Origin: Hemiscyllium ocellatum
Lineage: Eukaryota
NCBI RefSeq assembly: GCF_020745735.1
Contig: NW_026867509.1
Location: 1,984,001-2,048,000 of the forward strand
Direction of reading: 5' to 3'
Length of the DNA: 64,000 nucleotides
Shown here: one piece after another, positions 63,761 through 64,000 of the stretch
How positions within the stretch are numbered: the first letter of the stretch is position 1
How the letters are laid out: each line of letters opens with the position of its first letter
Notes under the pieces: model-generated
The model's database searches: none
What the model was told of the DNA's origin: nothing
What the model saw: only the letters and a program-made list of their open reading frames with translations
Made by a program: the position numbers and the translations under genes

Positions 63761-64000
63761 CGCGGAAATGAGCTTGGTACGCGGCCCGTGTTTCTATTGG
63801 GTCAAATGTGTTCAGCAAAGAATGTGAAGCTGCGATACTGGAAGAATCCAAAGCAAAATTCTCCACTCTAGTATCTTCCGCACTATTTTCTTTTGTTTCC
63901 TGCCCATCCCCGTCTTCATTGTAAATCAACAGTGCTGTTGGTGTTTAATGCTGAGCACGTCAACAGGACCTCTGTCAAACATTTGATCTCGAAAACTGTA

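Overview
Vertebrate genomic DNA, almost certainly from a cartilaginous fish (shark) T-cell receptor alpha/delta variable region. It holds two paralogous minus-strand NAR-TCR cassettes about 47 kb apart. Each runs leader - IgNAR-type V - 12/D/12 - 23/J, followed by a leaderless supporting TCR-delta V with a CDR1 cysteine. Cassette 2 (59.1-63.4 kb) looks fully intact. Cassette 1 (11.8-16.4 kb) has an intact NAR V-D-J, but its supporting V has lost its splice acceptor and its second canonical Cys. Between and around the cassettes are four plus-strand conventional TCR V segments (three decayed, one seen only as a 3' tail) and five minus-strand two-exon GPR139/GPR142-like GPCR paralogs (one intact, one truncated after TM7, three pseudogenes). 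There are also C2H2 zinc-finger remnants and CR1, RTE, Penelope-like, Gypsy and SINE insertions. The most unusual signal is a five-unit tandem array (~60 bp period) of 23-bp-spacer recombination signal sequences (RSS) behind each supporting V. In cassette 2, two distal RSS are perfect consensus and better than the V-proximal one, and the V reading frame stays open across them. A diverged inverted repeat also brackets the supporting V in both cassettes. All calls come from manual reading and translation; no database searches were run.
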